The position numbers were made by a program, and so were the translations under genes. A stretch of 63,959 nt of DNA, the filler included, from Dirinaria sp. TL-2023a (taxonomy: Eukaryota): NCBI GenBank assembly GCA_051941275.1. It is 3 parts of 3 records of this genome, joined end to end, with 100 filler letters (N's around TTAATTAATTAA, not from the genome) between each part and the next. Parts side by side here need not be neighbours in the genome. Positions count along the whole stretch, not along the records: positions 1 to 22,398 come from JAVEBF010000223.1; positions 22,499 to 44,888 come from JAVEBF010000224.1; 1 more part is not named here. One strand, written 5' to 3'. The number at the start of each line of letters is the position of its first letter. The stretch's first letter is position 1. Positions 12,295 to 25,011 of the stretch are shown here, one piece after another. Under the pieces are notes generated by a model. That model made no database searches, was not told the origin of the DNA, and saw only the letters and a list, made by a program, of their open reading frames with translations.

Positions 12295-13750
12295 TAGACT
12301 TCAGTGCAACATCGATGGTCGTTAATCTCACGTGTCGTTCAGCATTAGGATGGTTACTACAACTATTCTCGTGACAGGCAGCATGTTGGAGCCAAAGTCT
12401 GACTGGCCAAGGCTGGCGCTACGCATCTACGATCTGCCAGGAACGGGTCGAGTTTCATACCAGCTTGGACTAAGCAATCTCGTGCATAAGCACCGCTTTT
12501 TACCAATCCAATCAGCACCCTGCTGCATGCGACGGTTGTCTCCGGCAAGGGAAAAATAACACCAGCATGGCGAACATGGATACACGAGGCTGAACTTGGT
12601 TGGCCTAATTTAGGAGTCTGCTAATGCACCATGTCATTTGCACACTGTCCCCTACGCCTCAACACCATCATCGTGCCATGCCATCGCTCGACCTTGCGCC
12701 CAATGCGACTTGGCCTCGCTCTGGCGTTGCAAATACTTCCCATCCCGAATACTGACCGCCCACCATGAGGCGGACTCGCTTGAACCCGCATCCCACTGGT
12801 CAGCCTCCTTGTAAGCAGCATAGTCCCTTTGATGCGTAATAGTCTCCTTCGTTCGGTATGAGAATGTTTGTGTACCTGCATTGGCCTTGCAGATCTTTCT
12901 CAAGCTGTGCCATGTCACCACCTAAGTCAAAGTCTTTTTTTTTTTTCCTTCCACGCTTCGCTGCCCTCGGCCTTGGGACGCCTGCCGTTAATTACGAGAT
13001 ACCGGAGCTCGGGCCACGATGGCGATGTAGGATCGATGGAACGCCCCATCTATTCCCATATAATAATATGACACTACTAATACCTAAACGCCCCGCTTTG
13101 ATATCAGCACCGCCGTGGTTGTACCTTAAAATTACCTGGTCCTTACCATTCTGCAAGCCTTCTCACCGTCAGCTCGGATGACTCGCCTGGCTGCCGATTA
13201 AATTTAACCATACGCCGCGTCATGTCATTCTTATTCATCCTTATGAATAGTAACAACAAGATTACAGTCGACACATCAGGAAAGGTCTGAATCTGGATGT
13301 TTGACACCCGTCCCATATCCCAATCTGGCAACGTTCTACGGTAGCAGCCTTCTATTCTCTTGCCCCGCCGCCTACCACCCACCACCGAACCGGGGTCCTG
13401 CAGATCCTTTGGACGACATCCACTAGACTACCTGCCTTTACCTACTTCAACAGCCTTTCTCAAATACGGCCCGGTCTCACATTCTTACTCTCGGCCCACG
13501 AGCGATCAGCTCGCGACTCGCTCTCGACACTCGTTTGGGCCAGAACCTGCGGAGCATGCTGACCGTCTTTTCATTCCCTTCCCTTCTACCATACATTCCT
13601 TGACCAATGGATCATCGCTGCATCGAAAGTTTCACTCTTGAGTGAGATCTATTATTCGCCGGAGCTGAGGATCGTAAAACACTCGTTCGAATTGTCGTTT
13701 CAAACCTGTATAGTATAGCCAAACCAGCCAAAGCTTAACATCAGGTCCCA

Positions 13751-15191
13751 ATGGAGCACTCGGACCAAGCTTTAATGCGAGAAAATCTACAACTTCGGAC
13801 AAGGCCCAGTGATCTTGTCCCTCAGGTTCCTTTAATACAGTCGGTTTCGTCAGAAGAATCATCACTGCATTCTATGCAGGCACACCCTAGGAGGAGCTCT
13901 TTACCAGACTCAAGGACTAACAACAAGACATCGCCAACGAAGGTTAATACAGCTCAGCCAAGGGCTAGAGGCACCAAGTCACTGTCAGCTGGGCCAAGGG
14001 ACAAGGCTTCCCACGCATCTATCATGAATAGTATGACGGGGACGATGAGTGCTGGGAATGAGGTCACATACACGCCCACAACTCATAGGATCAGCAAGGC
14101 GAAAAAGGGAAAGAAAGTCCATGGCTGCGAATTTCCGGGCTGTGGGAAGGTAAATTTCATAGACACGAAGTTTTTTCTTGGATACATAATTAAAACCCTC
14201 CCAGATCTTCACCCGGGCCGAGCACCGCAAGTATGAAAAGCACTCAAATCGTTGGAGCTCATTCAATGCTAATGAAGCCTTCCAGACGTCACGAAGCGAA
14301 TCATAGTACCGAACCCTTGTTTCAATGCGAAGTTGAAGGCTGCAAGAAGCCGTTCCAAAGGTCGGACCTCTTGGCACGCCATATGGAGAGGCAGTAAGCA
14401 AGTCCCATTAGAACATAAAACCATAGCTAACAAATTATAGACACAATATGCCTGCTGAAGCTCCCCTCGCGTCGGGCCAGCATTCTCGACGAGCTGTGAG
14501 CGAGACATCGACCACTGACGCAAGCCCAACAAGATCAAACCTGATCAATCCCAGCTTCGGTCAACGTCAAGGGCTGCCGTCCCAGCCCATGACCGATCCA
14601 TCCGGTACGATGTCAATAGGCTCAATAATCGAGCCGACCATGCGCCAAGACTATGCATCTTCAGCGATCCATCCTTTCGCAGATTACTCACATTTGCCTG
14701 TGCCATCCGTACCACGTAAATTGCCGGCGGAATTGATGTACGGATTCAGCGCAAGCGACTCGCCTTATTGCTCGTCAACCTCAGATGCGAGCTGTTATTC
14801 ACCTATGTCTGATCTCATCCAGCCACAGATCACTGCTCAATCGTATCACGCTCAGGACGACTTGCCACGGTCCCAATCTGCATCACTCGAGGCTTCTTTC
14901 CCGCAACAGATGTACGGTTCCCCAATTGCTGCAACTTCCTCAATGCCAGCTTGGAACTTCGATCAGCCACCATTAAGCGCTCCAATGCATGGCTCAATGC
15001 AGACTTCTATGGTTCCTACTGTAAGCTTAAACAGCTAAGGGACGGATCCTCACAGTGTATGCTAACAACAACTGCAGGCACGGCGTTTGCACTATCCTGC
15101 ACAAGGCGTGCCTGGATACACCGACGCCAACGGGATGCCCTACGAGCTAGAGGAGCCGCTGCAATGGCCATACCGGAAGATGACATACTAG
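13751..15191 (+). CDS. Two-finger C2H2 zinc-finger transcription factor (5 exons); start codon uncertain
   Basis: YTPTTHRISKAKKGKKVHGCEFPGCGK|IFTRAEHRK|RHEANH..FQCEVEGCKKPFQRSDLLARHMERQ|H, then a Ser/Pro/Gln-rich region. The last exon (15078-15191) ends WPYRKMTY*. Confidence 0.85.
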
Positions 15192-16514
15192 GCCGGGGCA
15201 TCTTTGACCGACATTGTAACAGTATAACGACTTGCATCACAGGCGCCTGTGCTCGACTTTCGGACTCCCCTTACTATTCCCCCATGTTTTCAATCACAAT
15301 TATGCACTGTTGCCATCAACATGAATTTTGGACCACTGTCAACGAGTAAGAAACACACGTTGTACTGAAGGGTCGACTGATTGGCCAGCGTTTCGATTTA
15401 GACAAGGAAATTTTCTTTGTGAACCAGCACCGGTATTGCGCGGCTTGCTACCAAATCTATACGGGATGAGGAACCCTCGGAATTGCGTATTTAAAGCTCA
15501 ACGGACGACGGGCTCGTGTCTCAAAGCCTCTGACACCGACCTTAGAGGTATCGAAACAGATCCCCCAGACACGAGCAAGCTCTACTCTGGATGAGCAGAA
15601 GCGCAGGAACACCATCTAGCATCTTGCACGAACACTGATTAATTACTCTTGTACCAGTGAATTGCTTATTGCGCACTGTCTTTCTGGTTGGAATCCCCTA
15701 TCACTGTACTATTAGGCCTTCCTTTCCTTTGCATAGCCCTGGGCAGGATACATAAACGCGGGATAATGGTAATGATAACGATGGATGAGGGTGGGACTGT
15801 ATCACTAGGAACTAGCGGTTATGGTAACTGTAATAGTAGAGAGGTTGACTAGGTTGGGAAGGGAACTGTACTATGTATTATCAACACCATTCTGGACACA
15901 GGGTTTAATCTGAGGGACCAAACACTTGTCGGGATAATAGCTCCATGATGATAATGACGATAATGGCTGAGGAAGAACATTTACTAGATTCTCTCCCGAT
16001 CTCGTCTCGTTGTGCTCTGAGATTAAGATCATATAGCCCAGCTTCCTGACTTCCTGTCATGTCCCTCTCCTTCAGGGTTAAGGTATCCATCGCTGCTACA
16101 CAACGTTTCACTTTACCTCAGTCCACAGTCAAGGGTCTGATCAGGGTTGTAGTGTTGATAATTGCCGTTAAGGCTAAGGGGGCCCGAGTTAAACAAGACA
16201 AACAGGGCACATGTTAAATCCTTGTGTGCTGTTCCACTCAGTTTCACACTCTGCAGCTCGAGCTCAGCCTCACATCCACGTCCCCCTGGTGGAGTCGCTT
16301 CCCACACAACACCCTTGGCCCCTTTCGAGTTCTTATTTACGGGTACGAGCCAGATCACCTCGCCCTCCCATCCTCCCGTTTGCCTCCAAGTTTCCCGCTT
16401 TCTGGAAACCTTTTTACATCTCCAAAACCCTCCATTCGCCAACAACTAGCAAAACGACACCAATATCTTCCCACCCACCTTCTCCCACAACAGCGGGCTC
16501 TCCGCTTCACAAAG

Positions 16515-17031
16515 ATGCACCCCCTCGCGCCCCTCCTGATCCTGCTCACCCTCCTCCTCATCATCGCCGGCGTGGGATACATCGCCTACACGATCGCCAA
16601 CGACGTCGCCACGACCACGAACAAGAAGATGCAGCGCAAGAACGTCATCGTCACCAAAGACGGTATGAAGGTTGGCGTGAAGGAGATTCGAGAAGAGCGC
16701 TATGTGGACAGCACCCAGAAGTATGGTTCCGCTTTCCCTCCTGCTTCCCAAGAAACGGGCAGAAGGGGGGTTACATTTATGTGTTTGCTAATAAGATTAT
16801 ACAGTTTCCTGGTGAAAGCGTGGAATTACTCCAGTTGGCCGGCTTATAAATCCCGCTTTTGGAACAAAGACCAGCAGCAGCAGGGTCACGTGCAGCAGCG
16901 GAACCCGTATGTCTTCAACCCCCCCGCCCCCCTTTTTCGCCGCCGCACTGGGAATTGAATGTGATGCTGATACCTGGAACAGATACTCGCGCTCGCATAG
17001 TACCAGCAGTGCAACAGCGAGCAAGTCGTAG
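16515..17031 (+). CDS. Small single-pass membrane protein of unknown function (3 exons)
   Basis: N-terminal TM LAPLLILLTLLLIIAGVGYIAY, then KDGMKVGVKE..EERYVDSTQ|NFLVKAWNYS. Canonical introns 16721-16804 and 16907-16982; strong C-ending codon bias. Confidence 0.8.
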
Positions 17032-18147
17032 CTCTTGCTTTCGCTTCAGTTTTACAGGCACCCGACAGGACGTCCATGACTGCGTATTGCTGCAAAGGGG
17101 GAAAGAAGGGGCGGGCGTGGCATGAATACTTCGTGAGCAGAGATCATTGAAGAGGCGATGCCTCTTGACCTCAGACTCGCATAACATGCATGGACGGTAT
17201 GAATGATGATGATTTGGTTCGGTTGTCTGGTTTTTTTTTTAACTGCGATTTGCGTCCGATACCCCGAGAATGTGCGCATGCTTTACCACTATGAATAAAT
17301 CGAGTTCTCTCTCCCGTTCATACGTTCCATTGAGTGTGGCCTCACGTTTGATTTGGTACTTGACAAAATGCCAACCAAACTCCCCCATCAATGTAGAGCT
17401 CCCTACAGCAAAGCCCCCTGAAACCCACCGAAGCTTCGCCCTTGCCGTCGCCAAAATCTCCATCTATGTAGACTTATTTTTGTCGGCGACTGGAGCACGT
17501 GAGCAGTGCCCGGTACCATGAACAACTGAAACAATTACGCTGTTTCCTGACGTGCACTACTACTGCTTCTTGCCAAGAACTACGTCTCAATGGCCGTATT
17601 TAGGAACCATACTCGTAGCAAGCCTCTGAATCATGCTGTGTGGCAGAGTATGGTCTGCAAGAAAGCGGGGGCTCTAATATCTTATCACGGATTGATGTTC
17701 GCAAAATCCTATCTACTCCCTGAGAGAAGATATTCGCTCAGATAGAAGACATAGCTGGCGTAAAATATGTGGAATTTTCGTAATGACGGAATTATACATT
17801 ATGTTTTCTGGGATTTTGAGGGAGAGTGCGGATGAGTGCCGGAGGTTTTTAGTGGACTGTTGCAGATGTTATTGGATGGCCATCTGATAGGGCTGATGCC
17901 AGTCATTTCACTGGCGCTAACCTCGCTTAGGGGGAGTGGAAGAATGGAACCTACCTTAAGGTAAGCTCAGGACACCTCAGAATTGCCAAAGCCAAGAGCG
18001 CCTTCCATACTTTGAGGTACCATGTTGAAATGACACAATTCAGCTGCCTAACGCTCAAGTCTCAATTCTCTGTCATTTATCGCCTCCACCATATTCTTGC
18101 ATGAAATTCTACAATTTGTGGGATCCGTGTCCCAAACCACTGCAGCC

Positions 18148-21100
18148 ATGTCTTCCCCAAGCATGCTGACCAAGGTGAGGAGATGAGATGCTCATGTTGA
18201 GAGCGTAGCTTACCATAAGTTTAGTTCGAATCAAAGTCTTCCAGGGCCAAAGGCATAGCCTTCCACCCCAAACGGTGCGTGAACCCAACTCCAATTCCCA
18301 CGAATTATTTTTTCTGATCTTGCGCCAGGCCATGGATCCTCGTTTCCCTTCATTCCTCTACAATTCAGCTATGGGACTATCGTATGGGCACGCTGATAGA
18401 TCGGTTTGAAGAACACGACGGCCCCGTACGAGGGATCGATTTCCACAAGACACAGCCTCTGTTTGTATCTGGTGGAGATGATTACAAGATAAAGGTGTGG
18501 TCATACCAGACCCGGAGATGCTTGTTCACCCTAAACGGCCACCTCGACTATGTCCGAACGGTCTTCTTCCATCATGAGCTCCCATGGATTCTGTCAAGTT
18601 CGGATGATCAGACAATTCGAATATGGAACTGGCAGAACCGTTCCCTCAGTGAGTGCTGTCCAGTGGGAGAAATGAATGCCAATTGACCCTTAGCCTAGTC
18701 TGTACGATGACAGGTCACAACCACTACACCATGTGTGCCCAATTCCACCCCAAGGATGACCTCATTGTTTCCGCGTCGCTTGATCAGTCGGTCCGCGTTT
18801 GGGATATCTCAGGCCTTCGAAAAAAGCACTCTGCACCTACATCCCTGACTTTTGAGGATCAGATGGCGCGCGCCAGCTCGAATCAGGCCGATATGTTTGG
18901 GAATACCGACGCTGTGGTTAAATTTGTCCTCGAAGGTCATGATCGCGGCGTTAATTGGGTTGCTTTTCACCCTACATTGCCCCTGATTGTTTCTGCCGGA
19001 GATGACAGGCTCATCAAACTCTGGAGAATGAGTGGTGCGTATCTCCTTTCTTTTATGTACTCTCTGTCTAATCACGAATCCTAGAAACGAAGGCGTGGGA
19101 GGTCGATACCTGTCGAGGTCACTTCCAAAACTCTTCTGCCTGCCTATTCCATCCCCACCAAGATCTCATCCTCTCAGTCGGCGAAGACAAAACAATACGT
19201 ATCTGGGATCTAAACAAACGTACATCTGTGCAGTCTTTCAAGCGTGAAAACGACCGTTTCTGGGTGATCGCGGCTCATCCGGAGATCAATTTGTTTGCAG
19301 CTGGTCATGACAATGGCGTTATGGTATTCAAATTGGAGCGTGAGCGGCCGGCTTCTGCAGTCTATCAAAATTCGCTTTTCTACATCACGAAAGACAAGAG
19401 CGTAAAGTCATACGATTTCCAGAAAAATATTGAGTCACCAACAATGCTGTCCCTGAAGAAGTTGGGTAGCCCTTGGATGCCTCCACGGACCTTGTCGTAC
19501 AATCCAGCAGAACGTGCGATCCTCGTCACCTCCCCAGCGGACAATGGTACTTACGAGCTCGTCCATCTACCACGCGACGCTTCCGGTGCGGTTGAACCTA
19601 CGGACGTGAAAAGGGGCCAAGGGAACTCTGCGATCTTCGTCGCGCGCAACCGATTTGCTGTGTTCAGTCAAGCCACTCAGCAAGTCGACATCAAAGACCT
19701 GACCAACACGATAACGAAAACCATCAAGGCCCCCGCTGGTCTCACCGATATATATTTTGGGGGCACCGGTTGTTTATTGATGATTACACCCACAAATGTT
19801 TCCTTGTACGACATACAACAAAAAAAGCAATTGGCCGAACTTCCTGTATCTGGCGTCAAGTATGTGATTTGGTCCAGCGATGCTCTCTACGCCGCATTGC
19901 TGAGCAAGCATAACGTAACAATTGTCACCAAGACCCTTGAGCAAGTTAGTACATTGCACGAAACTATCAGGATCAAGTCTGCGGCATGGGACGATGCAGG
20001 CGTTCTACTTTACTCGACTCTCAATCACATCAAGTATACCCTTCTAAACGGGTGAGGACGATCTACCCTGCAAAAAAGGGCGAGCTAATTCTCTATAGTG
20101 ACAACGGCATTGTAAGAACTTTGGATCAAACAGTCTACCTGGTCAGAGTCAAAGCGCGCAATGTCTACTGTCTAGACCGAGCCGCTAAACCAAAGATCCT
20201 GGAAATTGACCCAACTGAATACCGCTTCAAACTCGCCTTGGTCAAGCGTAATTACGAAGAGATGCTTCAGATCATTAAAACGTCCAGCTTGGTTGGCCAA
20301 AGCATCATTGCGTATCTGCAGAAAAAGGGCTATCCCGAGATCGCTCTTCAGTTCGTGCAAGATCCACAGACTCGGTTTGAGCTTGCTATTGAATGTGGCA
20401 ATTTGGATGTTGCTGTAGAGACTGCGAAGCAGCTCGATAAACCGAAGCTTTGGACGCGACTCGGTGCCGAAGCTTTGAGTCACGGTAATCACCAGATTGT
20501 CGAGATGACCTATCAGAAGCTTCGAAATTTCGATAAGCTCTCTTTCCTGTATTTGAGCACAGGAAACGAATCAAACCTTGCTCGAATGGCCAAAATCGCG
20601 GAGCACCGTGGAGATTTTACCTCTCGCTTTCAGAACGCTCTGTATATGGGCGACGTGCAAAATCGCATTCAATTGTTCCAAGAAATAGATTTATGTGAGC
20701 CTCATCCTTATATCTAATGTTAGGCAGCAGCTGAACATTCTAGACCCTCTTGCATATATGACCGCCAAAGCTCACGGCCTCGATGAAGAGTGCCAGAATA
20801 TTCTTGAGGCTAGTGGCCTCTCCGAAGACCAGATCAAGCTTCCCGAAATAGGCAAGCCGCTGCAGCCGCCGAAACCGATTGTACCAACGTTCAAGGAAAA
20901 TTGGCCCACGAAAGCCACTTCACACTCGTTCTTTGAGAAAGCTTTGCTGGGCGAGGTGGGTGCTGCTGTTGAAGAGGAGGAAGCGCCCATTGCTAATGGA
21001 GTCGAACACGCCAACGACGTCGATCAAGAAATAGGCAAGCGTGATGGCCAGCTTGGCGACGAGGAAGACGAGGATGCAGCTGGCTGGGACATGGGCGACG

Positions 21101-22156
21101 ACATCAATGTTGAAGTAGAGCCAGATTTTGTCAACGTCGACAGTGCGGAGACGGGTCCAGGCAGTAGTGAAGCTGATCTTTGGGCTCGCAATTCGCCGAT
21201 AGCTGCCGACCATGTCGCTGCCGGTTCGTTCGAGTCAGCGATGCAATTACTCAATCGACAAATCGGCGCTGTGAACTTTGCGCCACTGAAAAGTCGCTTC
21301 ATGGAAGTCTACCAAGCGTCGAGAACCTATCTCCCTGCCAGTGAAGGATTACCTCCTCTGGTGAATTATGTTCGAAGGACCGTTGACGAGACCGATTCGA
21401 GAAAAGTGCTCCCGATCATCCCAAGGGACCTGGAGTCGATTGCGAACGTCGACTTGCAGGAAGGGTATGGTGCAATGCGATCGAATAGGCTTGAGGATGG
21501 TCTCAAGATCTTTAGGCGGATACTTCACTCATTACTGGTCAACACTGTATCATCCAAATCTCAGGTCGATGAAGCCAAGAAGCTCATTGCGACAGCGACA
21601 GAATACGCCACAGCCATGGCGCTTGAGCTAGAGCGCAGATCACTGGGGACGGAGGGAGAAGAAAATTTGAAGCGTAGCCTGGAGCTGTCTGCGTACTTTA
21701 CGATTCCAAAGTTGGAGGTTCCTCACCGTCAGCTCGCATTGATGGCTGCGATGAAGCTCGCTTTTGGCCAGAAGAACTTCTCGTCGGCTTTGAGCTTCGC
21801 CAACCGGATGATCGCTAACGGTGGGGCGCCGAAATTACTAGATCAGGTCGGCCTCCAATACTCCTTTCAATATGACTCACAAAAAGGCTTTCACACTGAC
21901 AGATTCCCAGGCCAAGAAAATCAAGTCCCAGTGCGAGCGCAGCCCACAAGATAAGATCGACATCGATTTCGACCAGTTCGCCGACTTCGACGTCTGCGCA
22001 TCATCCTATACCCCGATCTACGGCAATTCGGCGAGCGCCGCGTGTCCCTTTGACGGGTCGAAACATCATTCGCAGTACAAGGGCCGGCTGTGTCAGGTGT
22101 GTGAAGTATGTGAGATTGGCGCTCCAGCGAGCGGGATCCGGTTGTTTGCGGCTTGA
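18148..22156 (+). CDS. COP1: Coatomer subunit alpha (8 exons)
   Basis: [25 protein letters not shown]40 repeats ([36 protein letters not shown]), KKGYPEIAL and C-terminal [15 protein letters not shown]. Confidence 0.97.
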
Positions 22157-22398
22157 TGAAATCGGGCTTGAAATTGAGAGAACTCCTGGTGTTATTATTA
22201 CGCCGGTATTCGTACATGCATGTATGTAGTACGAGTACGGGTACCATAGGGCGCTCGCTGTCTGAGCTTATTAATTAGCATTGTTTGTTTAAAAAAAAAA
22301 AAGTTCCAAGTCCTGCTGCTGTTCTTGTGAGTTATTTATTTTTTTTTCTTCCTAGACTGAACTGAACTGAACACCCAGGAATCCCGGGTGTGGGGTTT

Positions 22399-22498
22399 NN
22401 NNNNNNNNNNNNNNNNNNNNNNNNNNNNNNNNNNNNNNNNNNTTAATTAATTAANNNNNNNNNNNNNNNNNNNNNNNNNNNNNNNNNNNNNNNNNNNN
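22399..22498. other. Artificial assembly linker N44-TTAATTAATTAA-N44
   Basis: Exactly 100 nt. The core 12-mer has stops in all six frames, and the linker is identical to the one at 44889. Confidence 0.97.
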
Positions 22499-22533
22499 CC
22501 CCCCCCCCGTTTTTCCTCCGGAACCCAAATTTC

Positions 22534-24585
22534 TCACCACCCAAACTGCTCCGCATGCCAGAACACGTCCCTGCCCTGCTTGACCCACTTCCCAACCTCC
22601 GCTCGAAGCACCTTGCCCATGCCGCCAGGGCCGCATATCAAGACCGCTATCTTCCCGCCTTCGCCTTCCTCATCGTCCTCAAACACTTCTTTGACGATAG
22701 CGCAGAGATCGGGTCTGCCCGGGTTGAGTTTCGGGGGGTTGGGTTTTCCTTCATCGTCTTGCGAGTGGGAGAGGAGGGCTGTGCGTTCTTCGAGTTCGAT
22801 GGTGTTGTCTTCGTCGTTGGTACTCATGCTCGTATTGGGGAGTGTTGGTTGAGGGGTTTGGTTGTGGAGGGAGGGTATTGTTGATGGGCTGGTATCAGTG
22901 GTGAGGTGGATATCGATGACGGCTTCGCTCTCGTCGTTGAGGAAAGAATCCAGAGCCCAAGCCGCTTCTTCTTGGCCGCGCACGCTCCAGACGAACCGGA
23001 CTCCGTGCCCGTTTCGCCGCACCAGCAGGTCGCGGTAGATGGGGAGTGTGAATGTTGCGCCGACGCCGCCCGCGACGAGTAATATGCGAGAGAAGCGCGA
23101 TGAGCTAAGGTCCGGGAAGTAGCTCGTCGAGCCGTACGGTCCTTCGATTAGGACTGGGGTTGGTTGGTTTTTGGAGCTTTCGGCTATGGAGGCGAGGACG
23201 GCGGTGGAGGAGCGCATGGGCCGGATTAGGAGAGAGGATGTGTGGGTTTTGGCGTTGCCTGTTGTTGGCTGCGTGGTTGCGGAGGCGGAGAGGGCGTTGT
23301 TGTTGCTGTTGTTAATGGCGCTTGAGGAAGCGATGGTGAAAGGGTTGAAGCGGAGCTTTTCCCAGGGCTTCCGGGGCATGTCCGGTGGCAGGCCGAGGTA
23401 GATGTGGTGCCCCGGCTTGTAGTTGCGGAGTTTGGAGCGTGGCAAGGGGAATGAGATCTCCAGTAAGCCGTGAGCTTTGCCGCTCGAGGGGAGGAGAGAA
23501 AGGGAGGCTAGAGTAGGCGTTTGCGAAATTCTGCGCTGCGCGATCATGAGTATATACACCAGCGCTGCCTCTACGACATACACCCTAAGATGGGTGACGT
23601 GGAACCATAGGATCGGCAGCAGGAACATGCTCAGGGTCACGTGCAGGATGAAGAATAGGAGATACGATTTGTCGCGCAACCATTGCAGACTCGATGTCCC
23701 GATCAGCACGAATGTGCCGATAGCGATCAAGCCCAGGATGACGGTCTGGGAACGGAAGCGGTGGAGGAGGTCCGATTGGATGTAGAAGTTGATGTAGAAG
23801 ATTGCGTGAGCGGAGAAGAAGGCGATCAGGATGCGGCCGAGGAGACGGTGGTACGGGTTCAGTTCCTCGTGAGACATGCGGAGGAGATAGTGCAGAGGAG
23901 ACCAAGACTTTGCAGCCAGGAGATAATGCAGCGGAAGTTGGGAGGCGGCGACGATGCCAAAGCGTTTGGTCATGTGGAGATAGTCTGCGAGAAGTAAGTT
24001 CATCTGCCTACTATCGCCGTCTGCTCATGTTCTGGTGAGGACGCGACTAATTGATTGCGAGACCATGGAGAAAAAAATTTTCTCCAGTATAGAAAAGAAT
24101 CGAATTCGATTTCGTAGAAAGCAAGTACAAATCAAGACATAGATGCTACAGACAATAGAAAATTTGAAGCTTAGAGGAAGATATTCGAACTTACCATTGC
24201 CGGTATCCTTTATGACAAGGACCAACAACCACAGTGCCCAAAGTCCGGCAACACCCCATGCCCGTTTGGTTCCCCATCCGTCGCATCCTTTGATAATATC
24301 ATCATCTAAAGCCCAATTCAAGCGCCTCCATCTTAATGTCCAGGGACTCAGAGGCGTCGAATGCCGAAATCTAGATACCCTGGGGCTTTCACGCGCTTTG
24401 GCGGAGCGCCAGAAACTGGAAATAGGAAACCTCTGCAGAACAGTTCGAGAGATATAAGAGAGGTAAATTATAAGTATGGGAATCAATGCTGACAATTGCG
24501 CAACTCGGCCATAGAAATCAAGAAGCTGCCGGCGCTCGGCAAGCTGCTGAGGATCGAGAGAGACGAAGGAATAGATGAAGCCCAT
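22534..24585 (-). CDS. Ferric/cupric reductase-like flavocytochrome (FRE/NOX superfamily), 2 exons (24585-24195, 23984-22534)
   Basis: Heme His pairs YHRLLGR..AHAIFY and LHVTLS..WFHV, FAD segment NPFTIAS, IEGPYG, NADPH motif LLVAGGVGATF, CGPGGM and terminal WHAEQFGW. Confidence 0.9.
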
Positions 24586-25011
24586 TTTCTCATCTCGTTC
24601 GGTGGAAGTTTAGATGGCGGGTCAAGGGTGAGCTCCATGCCCACGGTTTATCAAAATATGATCACGAGTTGATTGGGAGCCTGCAGCTGCAGTACAACCC
24701 ATCTCAAGGCTCTCTGGTAGTACCTTGTGTTATTAATTTATTAATCATAGAAGGATCCAGGAGAGGGATACTACCGTCGGGGTCGGGTTGGGTTTTAGGG
24801 TTGCCGTGGGGTTTCTGGTCTCTCTACCTTGCGGCCTCAGACTGAACAACAGCGATTAATCTTTTGATTATTATGTTGTTGCAAACTCAGGTCAATAATC
24901 TTGTGCCTGATGCTGAATCCCGAAAACCCGTGTCCAGCACAGTTGGTTCATCCATGTTCCAATAACGCGAATTTTAAAAATTGCATGCTGTTCATTGTCT
25001 ATTGGCCTTAA

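Noticed and set aside
17590..17890. Short protein-like frames upstream of COP1
   Set aside because: They are under 60 aa, interrupted and unidentifiable.
22443..22454. TTAATTAATTAA palindrome occurring twice (also at 44933)
   Set aside because: It is centred in fixed-length N runs, so it is a synthetic six-frame-stop spacer and not biology.
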